From assembly GCA_041615815.1 (NCBI GenBank), contig JBFJCP010000011.1, positions 32,001 through 96,000 on the forward strand: a stretch of DNA of 64,000 nucleotides, in the 5' to 3' direction. Made by a program: the position numbers and the translations under genes. Numbering within the stretch: position 1 is the stretch's first letter; every line of letters begins with the position of its first letter. The stretch comes from Gemmatimonadales bacterium (GTDB taxonomy: Bacteria > Gemmatimonadota > Gemmatimonadetes > Gemmatimonadales > GWC2-71-9). The notes beneath the pieces were generated by a model. The model did not search any database and was not told the DNA's origin. It was given only the letters and a program-made list of their open reading frames with translations. Shown here piece by piece: positions 27,912 to 36,618 of this stretch.

Positions 27912-28769
27912 TTTCACGTCCGCGTCCCGGCCTCCACGTCCAACCTCGGCGCCGGGTTCGACTGCCTCGGCCTGGCGTTGGATCTATGGTTAGACGCCCG
28001 AGTCGTGCCTGGGGGCGGACCACCGGTCTACCGAGCCGCGCTCGCCGAATTGGCACCAGAGTCGGACATTGTCACCGGTCTCATCCGTGATCACCTTCCC
28101 ACCGATCACCACCTCGAGCTGACATCGGACATTCCAGTCGGACGCGGGCTCGGCTCGTCGGCCGCCGCGATCGTTGCCGGAATTGCACTCAAACATCTCT
28201 TGGAGGGCCAGCACGTGGATGAGGATCGCCTGTTCGAAGAGGCCAACACCCTCGAGGGACACCCCGATAACGTCGGACCGGCCGTCTACGGCGGGCTCGT
28301 CTGGTACACAAATCGGCCCAACCCGCTCACCATCCACCCGAGCCTCGCCATCGCGCTCGCGATTCCTCGGATCGCCGTCGACACGAAGCAGGCGCGGGCG
28401 ATGCTTCCCAAAGCCGTGAGTCGAGAGATCGCAGTTCGACAGGCCCGTGGTGCCGGTGCGTTGGTCCAGGGCTTGGTCACCGCCGATCCAGCGCTCATCG
28501 CTTTTGGCATGCAGGATCAGTTGGCGGTTCCCCACCGCCGCAAGCTCATACCCGGCTTCGACGCCGCGGTCGCGGCAGGTGAAGGGGCGGGAGCACACGG
28601 CGTGACCATTTCGGGTGCCGGCTCTACCGCGGTGGCGGTATGCCCCAACGCCCGTGCACGACCCGTGGCCGCCGCCATGGCCGCCGCGCTCACGAGCGCC
28701 GGCAACGATGCCCGTGCTCACCTTCCTCAGGTGTGTCCCACGGGATACGAGATCGCCACCACCCGCTGA
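27873..28769 (+). CDS. thrB: Homoserine kinase
   Basis: VPASTSNLGAGFDCLGLAL, GHMP motif IPVGRGLGSSAAA, EGHPDN, ISGAGST. Confidence 0.93.
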   Translation: MNPASGSPLPAPRFHVRVPASTSNLGAGFDCLGLALDLWLDARVVPGGGPPVYRAALAELAPESDIVTGLIRDHLPTDHHLELTSDIPVGRGLGSSAAAIVAGIALKHLLEGQHVDEDRLFEEANTLEGHPDNVGPAVYGGLVWYTNRPNPLTIHPSLAIALAIPRIAVDTKQARAMLPKAVSREIAVRQARGAGALVQGLVTADPALIAFGMQDQLAVPHRRKLIPGFDAAVAAGEGAGAHGVTISGAGSTAVAVCPNARARPVAAAMAAALTSAGNDARAHLPQVCPTGYEIATTR

Positions 28770-28850
28770 GCACCATGGCGAATCCACTCACATGCTCCTG
28801 ACAAAGCTCGAACACGCCTCGGATCGTCAGCCGGCCTCCGAGGATTAGTT

Positions 28851-29876
28851 TTGCACCTGTCATCGCGGGAGAGCCGATTGCACCGAACCCTTCTCGCCCT
28901 CGTGGCGTTCGCAACGGTCCTCGGCTGCCGCCAGGATGAGCGTTCGGCGTCCACCACCCAACACGAGGACGGCGATCGTGCGACCGTGGAGACCACCCCT
29001 TCCCCCCGAAGCGGCTTTGCACTCGCCTACAACGCACAGCGTGGTCGGCTGGTGTTGTTTGGGGGATCCGACTCCGCGAACCAACGTCTTGGCGACACGT
29101 GGGAGTGGGACGGGCGGCGATGGTCTCAACGGGAGGTGCCCGGGCCAGACCCACGCAGCGACGCACAGATGACGTACGACAGTCGGCGGCATCGCGTCGT
29201 ACTCTTCGGCGGGCTCACACCCGATGGCCGAATGGGCGATACGTGGGAGTATGATGGCTCTGCCTGGGCCCAAGTCGCGCACAGCGGCCCCAAGCCGCGC
29301 AACCTTGGCGCGATGGCGTTTGACGAGCAGCGCGGGCGCTCCGTGCTCTTTGGAGGCACCGGCCCGCAGCGGGAGCGTCTCGGTGGCACGTGGGAATGGG
29401 ATGGCGAGCACTGGTCGCAGCAAAGCGATTCCGGCCCAGAGCCACGGGGCGCACACGCCATGGCATACCACGCGACCCGGGCCGCCGTCATGCTGTTCGG
29501 CGGCTACGACGGGAGTGCCACCCGTAAGGACTTGTGGGCGTGGGACGGGACGGCGTGGACGGCGGTGATGGGAGCCGATGCGCCGGTGCGGCTGCACCAC
29601 GCTCTCGGCTATGACGCCGCCCGTGACCGGCTCGTGGTGTTCGGGGGGTTCGACGACGCGGGGCGGGTGGGTGATACGTGGGAATGGGATGGCGTGCGCT
29701 GGACGCAAGCTTCCAAGGATGGCCCACCGGCGCGGGCCGAGCATGATGGAGTGTTCGTCCCGGGTATGGGACTTCTCGTGTTCGGTGGGGTCGTTGGTCA
29801 GGGAATGGCGCTTGCCGAGCGCGTCAAGGTGGCAGACCTCTGGTTGTGGAATGGCATGACCTGGGAGAAGCGATAG
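28851..29876 (+). CDS. Kelch-like beta-propeller lipoprotein
   Basis: Lipobox VLGC; six repeats of YD..R...VLFGG....DTWEWDG..W. Start uncertain. Confidence 0.8.
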   Translation: MHLSSRESRLHRTLLALVAFATVLGCRQDERSASTTQHEDGDRATVETTPSPRSGFALAYNAQRGRLVLFGGSDSANQRLGDTWEWDGRRWSQREVPGPDPRSDAQMTYDSRRHRVVLFGGLTPDGRMGDTWEYDGSAWAQVAHSGPKPRNLGAMAFDEQRGRSVLFGGTGPQRERLGGTWEWDGEHWSQQSDSGPEPRGAHAMAYHATRAAVMLFGGYDGSATRKDLWAWDGTAWTAVMGADAPVRLHHALGYDAARDRLVVFGGFDDAGRVGDTWEWDGVRWTQASKDGPPARAEHDGVFVPGMGLLVFGGVVGQGMALAERVKVADLWLWNGMTWEKR

Positions 29877-29900
29877 CCTCCGATACGTCCCTTCCGGCCG

Positions 29901-30428
29901 CTACTGCCCTCTTTGCCTCCCATTCAACCACTCCAACCTCGCGCCGATCTGCTTGGCGTGATGCCGGCAATGCACGTAATGAAAACGCACCCATTCGGGG
30001 AGATTGAGGTCCCCCACGATGGGGTGCCGCACGAACCGTTCGAGCTGGCGACTCTCAGGCCATGTCTCGGACAGGACCGCCAGACGTTCTACTCCCATCC
30101 GGAACTGGGCCATCACCTGTTCGGGATCTGGCTCCTCATGGGGCTTGACGCGCTCGGGGGATTGAGCCCCGCTGGGGATCTTGCCGACTCCTAGCAACAA
30201 GTGACGGAGAATCGTCTGGTGCGGGGTTGCGCGCCGCTTCATGAGCGGCTTGTCCGCCCGTTGCTCGAACGCGGTGGCGACGAGATCGACGCCCATGGCA
30301 AGGTGCTGGAGAATTTGACAGACACTCCACTTTCCGTTGGGGGCCCGATGCCAGTCGGCTCCGGTCACCCCGTTCAGGGGCTCCAACACCAACGTGTCCA
30401 GACGCTCCAACTGATGACGTACTTTCAT
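29901..30428 (-). CDS. DinB family protein
   Basis: GKWSVCQILQHL, HPIVG.L...EW..F...H..HH metal-ligand pattern; 4-nt overlap with ridA. Confidence 0.85.
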   Translation of the reverse strand: MKVRHQLERLDTLVLEPLNGVTGADWHRAPNGKWSVCQILQHLAMGVDLVATAFEQRADKPLMKRRATPHQTILRHLLLGVGKIPSGAQSPERVKPHEEPDPEQVMAQFRMGVERLAVLSETWPESRQLERFVRHPIVGDLNLPEWVRFHYVHCRHHAKQIGARLEWLNGRQRGQ

Positions 30429-30871
30429 GGGGCACCACCTGTCATCGCGATGCATTCGATTTCGACCCGAGCGTCGAGAGCGAGGCCGCTCCCCGCTACC
30501 GTCGAGCGGGCCGGTGGATCCTTCATAAAGAACGTTCGATACACATCGTTCATGGCGGTGAATTCACCGATGTCTCGCAGGAACACCGTACACTTGACTA
30601 CCCGGTCCATAGAACTCCCCATTGCCTCCAACGCGGCCTTGATGTTCTCGAGCGTCTGACGCGTCTCCGGACCAATCCCTCCCGGAATGAGCTCCACCGT
30701 CCCCGGCAGCCTTCCTATCTCACCGGAGAGGAACAAGAGGTTACCAACACGCACCGCCGACGAAAACGGGAGCCCTGCAGGAGCACCGGGAAGCTGAATG
30801 ACTTCCTTCTCTTGAGCGTGTAGCGGTCCGGCAATCATCAACACGAATAGGATCCTCAGGAATCTCGGCAT
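30425..30871 (-). CDS. RidA/YjgF family protein with predicted signal peptide
   Basis: PFSSAVRVGNLLFLSGEIG, VVKCTVFL, MNDVY, PARSTV, VEIECIA; N-terminus MPRFLRILFVLMIAGPLHA. Confidence 0.9.
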   Translation of the reverse strand: MPRFLRILFVLMIAGPLHAQEKEVIQLPGAPAGLPFSSAVRVGNLLFLSGEIGRLPGTVELIPGGIGPETRQTLENIKAALEAMGSSMDRVVKCTVFLRDIGEFTAMNDVYRTFFMKDPPARSTVAGSGLALDARVEIECIAMTGGAP

Positions 30872-31019
30872 GTCTGTCTCACGGGTTCGACGGGTTTTCG
30901 GATCGGCGTCTCGTTTGCTTGGTCTTGCCTCATTCGCTACCCATGCTGCATCTACCAGCCCTGTATTCGGCAATCGGCACTCTCGTGGGTGCCCGTCCGC
31001 GCTTCACCTCTCAGCCTCG

Positions 31020-31274
31020 CTACATCTGTGCATCATCGATCGCCTTTACGATCGCATCGAAGAGCGCGGACTTGGGAGGCATGGCGCCCGTCTTGTCACG
31101 ATGGATGTACCACTGGCACATCTCCGCCATCGCCATCGCCTCATCGTCGGAGAGGGTGACCGAGTACCTGTCGGCGTCCTTTCGGGCATGGTCCACGCGT
31201 CGCCGGAGATTGTCGGGGATTTCCGGTGTGTTGCGGAGGGCGTCGAGCATCTCGGTGGTCATCTGCACTTCCAT
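31020..31274 (-). CDS. Small hypothetical protein (84 aa)
   Basis: SD AGGAG before MEVQMTT; natural protein-like composition; lies within a co-oriented run. Confidence 0.7.
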   Translation of the reverse strand: MEVQMTTEMLDALRNTPEIPDNLRRRVDHARKDADRYSVTLSDDEAMAMAEMCQWYIHRDKTGAMPPKSALFDAIVKAIDDAQM

Positions 31275-31293
31275 GCGTAGCAACTCCTCTTGC

Positions 31294-31770
31294 TCATCGC
31301 TCCATCGAGCCCGTGACGGCGATTTTCCACCCTTGCCGCGTCCTGACGAACACCCGCTCCGAGATCCCCCTAGTCGTGTCTCCTTCGAGCACCGCGATGT
31401 ACTCGAACGCCGCCCAAACGACACCTGGCGCTATCCAGACCAGTGTGGGATCGCCGGCAATCAGCGTGTCCGGCCAGTCCGCGCTCGCTCTACGCGCTTC
31501 GGCAAACAGCAGATAGCCCCGGCGAATCCCTTCCGCGGTGGCGACCGCGAGGTCCGGCGAGTCCACGTAGTGCGCAAGATAGGTTTCCGCATCACGCTGA
31601 TGAATCGCCCCCAAGTTGCTTTCCAGAACCGCTGCCGCACCCGTCAGATCCTGCGCCCGCATGGCTTCGAGATTCGGACGGTTGCACGCCGCGGACACCA
31701 AGATCATGCCCATCGCGACACCGAATCGCCAGTGGGTGAGGGACGCCAGCCTCGTCCCGGAAACGGCCAC
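31294..31770 (-). CDS. NTF2/SnoaL-like lipoprotein
   Basis: Lipobox-like SAAC; AIHQRDAETYLAHY and ERVFVRTRQGWKIA typical of the NTF2-like fold. Start uncertain (31713-31803). Confidence 0.7.
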   Translation of the reverse strand: MAVSGTRLASLTHWRFGVAMGMILVSAACNRPNLEAMRAQDLTGAAAVLESNLGAIHQRDAETYLAHYVDSPDLAVATAEGIRRGYLLFAEARRASADWPDTLIAGDPTLVWIAPGVVWAAFEYIAVLEGDTTRGISERVFVRTRQGWKIAVTGSMER

Positions 31771-31775
31771 GCCGC

Positions 31776-33080
31776 TCAATGCCGAGCCGTGGGAGCATCC
31801 CATGAGGGGTCGATTCCCCAGGCGTCGAGCATCTCGATTTGCGCGTTGCTCGGTGCTCGTTCTTGTTCGAGGCGCGCCGCCACCGCTTCGACGTCGCGCA
31901 TGACCCGAAGGGCATTGAGCCCGATCACCTTCTTGGCATCCTCGTCGCTCCATCCTCGGCGGAGCAGCTCGGCGATGAGCGCCGGAAAAGTCGAGACGTC
32001 CTCGAGTCCGATCGGCGGGACGTCAATGCCGTCGAGATCAGACCCCAGACCCACATGATCGACACCCGCTACGTCCCGGACGTGTTCGATGAGATCGGCC
32101 ACCACTTTGATATCGGGACGCGGCATGGGGTGCGTTCTCGTCCAGGCTCGGACAGAATCTTGGGCGGCGACACTGTCACCCGTCGTTTCGAACACGCGCG
32201 TACGGAGGGCATTTCGCTCGAGTCCCCATTGCCGCGCTGGCTCGTGAATGAAGGAGGCAACGTAGTTCACCATCATGATGCCGCCATTATCCCGCAGAGC
32301 GCGGGTGACGTCGTCGGGTACGTTACGTTTGTGCGGCGTGAGGACGCGGGGCGATGAATGGGAGAAGATGACGGGGGCTTCGGTCACCCCGAGGACGTCC
32401 CACATGGTCGAATCCGAAACGTGCGAGATGTCGACGAGCATGCCGAGACGATTCATCTCCCGTACGACCTCTTCTCCAAAAGCCGTGAGGCCGCCGTGCA
32501 CGAGCGTGTCGGTGGACGCGTCCGCCCAGTCCGTATTTCGAGAGTGGGTGAGCGTGAGATACCGGATGCCGAGACGGTGGAAGCCACGGAGGAGGGCAAG
32601 CGAGTTCTCGATCATGTGTCCGCCCTCGAGCCCGAGGAGCGATGCCACTTTCCCGGACCGGTGGATCCGCGTGATGTCGTCTGCCGTCAACGCTATCTCG
32701 AAGGCCTGGGGATAACGGGCCACCATACGGTACACGACATCCGTCTGCTCCATGCCGGCGCGAGCGGCGTTGTGCTTGTCGAACGCGACCGGCGTGTAGA
32801 TGGACCAGAACTGGCCTCCCACCAACCCGTCACGAAGCCGCGGAATGTCGGTCATGATTTGAGGCTGTGGGCGCGAGATATCCAGCGAATCGAAGCTCAG
32901 TCCATAATTGACCCGGAGCTCCCACGGCAGATCGTTGTGCCCGTCGATCAGCGGCACCTCGCGCATGAGGGCGCGAGCGCGCTCGAGATACGGATCACCG
33001 GCTTGGGCTGACGCACTGCAGCCGGCTACGGAAACGGTGAACGCCCACACCAACGCGATGACGAGAGTTGGACGAGTCAT
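31776..33080 (-). CDS. Membrane dipeptidase (M19) lipoprotein
   Basis: Lipobox VAGC; IDGHNDLPW, GGQFWS, LEGGH, YLTLTH, VDISH, FSHS, GLGSDLDG. Confidence 0.94.
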   Translation of the reverse strand: MTRPTLVIALVWAFTVSVAGCSASAQAGDPYLERARALMREVPLIDGHNDLPWELRVNYGLSFDSLDISRPQPQIMTDIPRLRDGLVGGQFWSIYTPVAFDKHNAARAGMEQTDVVYRMVARYPQAFEIALTADDITRIHRSGKVASLLGLEGGHMIENSLALLRGFHRLGIRYLTLTHSRNTDWADASTDTLVHGGLTAFGEEVVREMNRLGMLVDISHVSDSTMWDVLGVTEAPVIFSHSSPRVLTPHKRNVPDDVTRALRDNGGIMMVNYVASFIHEPARQWGLERNALRTRVFETTGDSVAAQDSVRAWTRTHPMPRPDIKVVADLIEHVRDVAGVDHVGLGSDLDGIDVPPIGLEDVSTFPALIAELLRRGWSDEDAKKVIGLNALRVMRDVEAVAARLEQERAPSNAQIEMLDAWGIDPSWDAPTARH

Positions 33081-33310
33081 GAGCCTCCTTCTTCGCTGCG
33101 AGTCTCACCCAAATCGGGGGTGTAGCCGCTGCACTGCAGGACCGGCAACCGGGGGTACTTCGCAAATCGCCGATCGAGCTCGGATCGCTTGCAGTACCAG
33201 AATGTCGAGCCACGGTTGTTTCGTATCATCCGACGGTACCGGCAAGTTGCGCATAGTCCTGCCCGGGTCTCGTCGTCAGTCGTGGTTTGGAGTCGCATCC
33301 GTTCCTGCAC
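33077..33310 (-). CDS. Small 4-Cys hypothetical protein
   Basis: GLCATC...RGSTFWYC...FAKYPRLPVLQCSGY; 4-nt overlap with the dipeptidase and supplies its SD (AAGGAGG). Confidence 0.75.
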   Translation of the reverse strand: MQERMRLQTTTDDETRAGLCATCRYRRMIRNNRGSTFWYCKRSELDRRFAKYPRLPVLQCSGYTPDLGETRSEEGGS

Positions 33311-33312
33311 AC

Positions 33313-33325
33313 GGTTAAATTAACC
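33313..33325. promoter_or_regulatory. Palindromic AT core, putative bidirectional -10 element
   Basis: GGTTAA-A-TTAACC in the 19-nt gap between divergent start codons. Confidence 0.5.
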
Positions 33326-33329
33326 CGTC

Positions 33330-33581
33330 ATGAGCGACGTCAACTGCGTACGCTGTGGGCAACCCGGCGCAAGATTGGCCGCACCACCCCTTCCGAACGA
33401 GCTCGGCGGACGGATCTACGACTCGATCTGTCAGCGGTGTTGGGGCGAGTGGCTGCAGCATCAGACCGCGATGATCAACCACTATGGCCTCGATCTGCGA
33501 GAGGCTGAGGCCCGGAAGTTCCTGACCGAACAGACGGAGCAGTATCTCTTTGGCCAACCGAAAGCCCCCTCCTCGGGCTAA
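33330..33581 (+). CDS. yggX: YggX-family Fe(II)-trafficking / oxidative damage protection protein
   Basis: V.C....L..PP.P.ELG.RIY..I...CW.EW..HQT..IN...L......ARKFL.EQ...YLF pattern. Confidence 0.85.
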   Translation: MSDVNCVRCGQPGARLAAPPLPNELGGRIYDSICQRCWGEWLQHQTAMINHYGLDLREAEARKFLTEQTEQYLFGQPKAPSSG

Positions 33582-34089
33582 GGCCCACGTCGGCCTCGTC
33601 GTGAATGGCGAGCCGACGGAGGTTTCGTTCGCCCCCCACAAAACGCTCCTCGAAGTTCTTCGAGAAGATCTTGACCTCACCGGCACGAAGCATGGGTGCG
33701 AGCTTGGTGAATGCGGCACCTGCGCGGTCTTGGTGGACGGGCAACCGGTGCTCTCGTGCCTCGTGTTGGGGCTGGCCTGCGAGGGCCACGAAGTCCGTAC
33801 CGTCGAGGGGATGCGGGATGGACCAGACCTCCATCCATTGCAGCAGGCTTTCGCGGAACTCGGTGCTGCCCAATGTGGCTACTGCACACCGGGGTTCCTG
33901 CTGACCGCCGAAGCGCTACTGCGCCACAACCCATCGCCTTCCCGAGAAGAGATCAAGCACGCGCTCGCTGGAAATCTCTGCCGCTGCACCGGATACATCA
34001 AAATCTACGAGGCGGTGGAGCTGGCCGCTGCCCGCATTCGCGGCGAGCACGCCGAGCCAGCGCGAGAGGCCGTGTATGGACGGGAGTAA
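33550..34089 (+). CDS. 2x[2Fe-2S] small subunit of a xanthine dehydrogenase-family enzyme (HcrC/CoxS-like)
   Basis: GTKHGCELGECGTCAV..SCL, AQCGYCTPG, GNLCRCTGY. Confidence 0.95.
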   Translation: MANRKPPPRAKAHVGLVVNGEPTEVSFAPHKTLLEVLREDLDLTGTKHGCELGECGTCAVLVDGQPVLSCLVLGLACEGHEVRTVEGMRDGPDLHPLQQAFAELGAAQCGYCTPGFLLTAEALLRHNPSPSREEIKHALAGNLCRCTGYIKIYEAVELAAARIRGEHAEPAREAVYGRE

Positions 34090-36616
34090 GGGTCGGAAGG
34101 ACGGAAAGTTGGCAGGGAGGAAGGGTTCCGACCAACCTTCCCGCGAGGCCGGTTTTCGCGTCGTCGGCACGCCCCGCTGGAAGGTCGATGCCGCGGCCAA
34201 GGTCACCGGTGAAACCCTGTTTGCCGACGACCTCTTCCTTCCCCGGATGCTCTACGCACGAATCCTCCGGAGCACAGAGCCGCACGCGCGGATTCGATCC
34301 GTCGATACGTCGCGGGCCGAGGCCATCCCCGGGGTGAAGGCCGTCCTCACCGGGGCGGCGCTGCCCATACCGTTTGGCATTCTTCCCGTGAGCCAAGACG
34401 AGCATGCGCTCGTACCAGACAAGGTCCGCTTCGTTGGTGATCCCGTGGCCGCTGTCGCCGCGATCAGCGAAGAGATCGCCACGTCTGCGGTGGACGCCAT
34501 TCACGTCGAGTACGAGCCTCTCGATACCATCGGCTCCATCGAGGAGGCCGTGGACACGATCGAGCCGCGAATCCACGATTACGGCCCGCTCGGCAATTTC
34601 CACAAGCTCATCGACCTCGAATTCGGGGACGTGGACGAAGCCCTGGCCGCCGCGGAGCATGTCCGCGAGGATCTGTACTTCTACGAGGGCAACACGCACC
34701 TCGCCATGGAGCAGCACGCTGCCCTCGCCGAGTGGTCGGCGGACGAGAAGCTCACGCTGTGGAGCGCCACCCAGACACCGCACTATGTGCATCGGGCGCT
34801 GTCGAAGGTACTGGCGATCCCGGCGGCGCATATCCGGGTGATCGCCTGCCCCAACGGCGGTGGCTTTGGCGGTAAGAGCGATCCATTCAGCCATGAGATC
34901 GTCGTGGCGAAGCTTGCCATGCTCACCGGCCGTCCCGTCAAGATCACACTGACCCGCGAGGAGGTGTTCTACTGCCATCGCGGGCGTCATCCCACCCTGA
35001 TGTGGGTGAAGACCGGCGTGTCGCATGATGGCACGATCCGCGGGATGCATTTCCGCACCTTGTTGGACGGCGGCGCTTACGGGTCCTACGGTGTAGCAAG
35101 CACCTATTACACAGGTGCGTTGCAGACGGTCACCTACCAGGTAGACCGCTATCGCTTTCAGGGAGCGCGGGTTTTCACCAACAAGGCCCCGTGTGGCCCC
35201 AAGCGGGGCCACGGTACGCCGCAACCGCGGTTCGCTCTCGAGATCCACATGGACAAGATCGCAGAGGACCTCGGCATGGACCCCGCCGACCTTCGCCTTC
35301 AGCACCTGGCGCCAGCGGGCTCGCTCACCGCCAACTACCTGTCCATCGGATCCATGGGATTACGCGCGTGCATCCACAAAGTGACCGAAGGCGCCCGTTG
35401 GAAGGATCGCTTCCGTAAGCTGCCGCACGGTAAGGGCATCGGACTCGCCTGCTCCAGCTACATCAGCGGTGCGGGCGTGGCGATCTATTGGAACAACATG
35501 CCGCATTCCGGCGTGCAGCTGAAATGCGACCGCAGTGGGGGCGTGACAGTGTTCTGTGGTTCGACGGATATCGGGCAGGGTTCGGATTCGATCCTGGCAT
35601 ACATCGCTGCTGAAGTGCTGGGGATCGAACCGCTCGACATCCGAGTGGTCACGGCAGACACAGACCTGACTCCGGTAGACCTCGGGAGCTATTCGAGCCG
35701 GGTCACCCTCATGACGGGGAATGCAGCGCTCCAAGCCGCCGAACGTGCCCGCGACCTCATTGCCCGCGCGGCGTCCAAGAAGCTCAACGTGAGCCGCGAC
35801 CGACTCGTATTCGCAGATCGCCGCGTGTTCGACGCTGAGGACCCGGAGCGCGGGTCGAGCTTTGCGGAAGCGGTGCAGCTGGCCGAAGCGGAGTTCGGAA
35901 CCGTGGGGACCGTCGGATCCTACACGCCGCCCAACAGCGCTGGGCGGTACCGGGGCGCCGGAGTTGGCCCGTCACCGGCGTACTCGTACAGCGCCGCCGT
36001 CGTGGAAGTGGAAGTGGATCCCGACACGGGGACCGTGCTCGTCCCCAAAATCTGGATCGCGCACGACGTGGGCCGCTCCATCAATCCCATCAACGTGATA
36101 GGACAGGTAGAGGGCAGCGTGTATATGGGCCTCGGCGAAGCCCTCATGGAGGAGATGGCGTACCGTAGCAATCGGAACCTGGTGCACAAGATCCCGAGTC
36201 TCCTGGAATACAAGAGCCCCACGACGCTCGAGATGTCGGACGTGGTGACGTATCTCATCGAGGATCCCGATCCCAACGGCCCGTTTGGTGCCAAGGAGGT
36301 GGGTCAAGGTCCACTGCTTCCCATTCCTCCCGCGATCGCCAATGCGGTCTACGACGCCGTGGGTGTCCGTATCGACGAGGTTCCGATCACACCTGAGAAG
36401 GTACTGAAGGCCCTGAAGCAAAAAGCCGCTGGGCTCGAGCCACGGTTCGGACCAAAGAGCTTCCCCGTAATCCCGTGGCCCGAACCGATTCGGATACCGC
36501 CCCCATGGGAAGGTGGTGATGGGAGAGCAGCAGCGGCAGAGGCAGCAGGTAGCGGAGGGAGAGCGGGTCGTGCTGCCGCCGCTGCCAGCCCATTCCTCGA
36601 GGAGCGCCAACACTAG
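34076..36616 (+). CDS. Molybdopterin-binding large subunit, 4-hydroxybenzoyl-CoA reductase alpha (HcrA)-like
   Basis: KVTG, VRFVGDPVAAV, TQTPH, GGGFGGK, PCGPKRGHG, DIGQGS, GSYSSRVT, GQVEG, GPFGAKEVGQG. Confidence 0.9.
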   Translation: MDGSKGRKDGKLAGRKGSDQPSREAGFRVVGTPRWKVDAAAKVTGETLFADDLFLPRMLYARILRSTEPHARIRSVDTSRAEAIPGVKAVLTGAALPIPFGILPVSQDEHALVPDKVRFVGDPVAAVAAISEEIATSAVDAIHVEYEPLDTIGSIEEAVDTIEPRIHDYGPLGNFHKLIDLEFGDVDEALAAAEHVREDLYFYEGNTHLAMEQHAALAEWSADEKLTLWSATQTPHYVHRALSKVLAIPAAHIRVIACPNGGGFGGKSDPFSHEIVVAKLAMLTGRPVKITLTREEVFYCHRGRHPTLMWVKTGVSHDGTIRGMHFRTLLDGGAYGSYGVASTYYTGALQTVTYQVDRYRFQGARVFTNKAPCGPKRGHGTPQPRFALEIHMDKIAEDLGMDPADLRLQHLAPAGSLTANYLSIGSMGLRACIHKVTEGARWKDRFRKLPHGKGIGLACSSYISGAGVAIYWNNMPHSGVQLKCDRSGGVTVFCGSTDIGQGSDSILAYIAAEVLGIEPLDIRVVTADTDLTPVDLGSYSSRVTLMTGNAALQAAERARDLIARAASKKLNVSRDRLVFADRRVFDAEDPERGSSFAEAVQLAEAEFGTVGTVGSYTPPNSAGRYRGAGVGPSPAYSYSAAVVEVEVDPDTGTVLVPKIWIAHDVGRSINPINVIGQVEGSVYMGLGEALMEEMAYRSNRNLVHKIPSLLEYKSPTTLEMSDVVTYLIEDPDPNGPFGAKEVGQGPLLPIPPAIANAVYDAVGVRIDEVPITPEKVLKALKQKAAGLEPRFGPKSFPVIPWPEPIRIPPPWEGGDGRAAAAEAAGSGGRAGRAAAAASPFLEERQH

Positions 36617-36618
36617 CC

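Noticed and set aside
28817..28852. Hairpin CCTCGGA/TCCGAGG as thrB terminator
   Set aside because: 13-nt loop and an interrupted U-tract; too weak to call.
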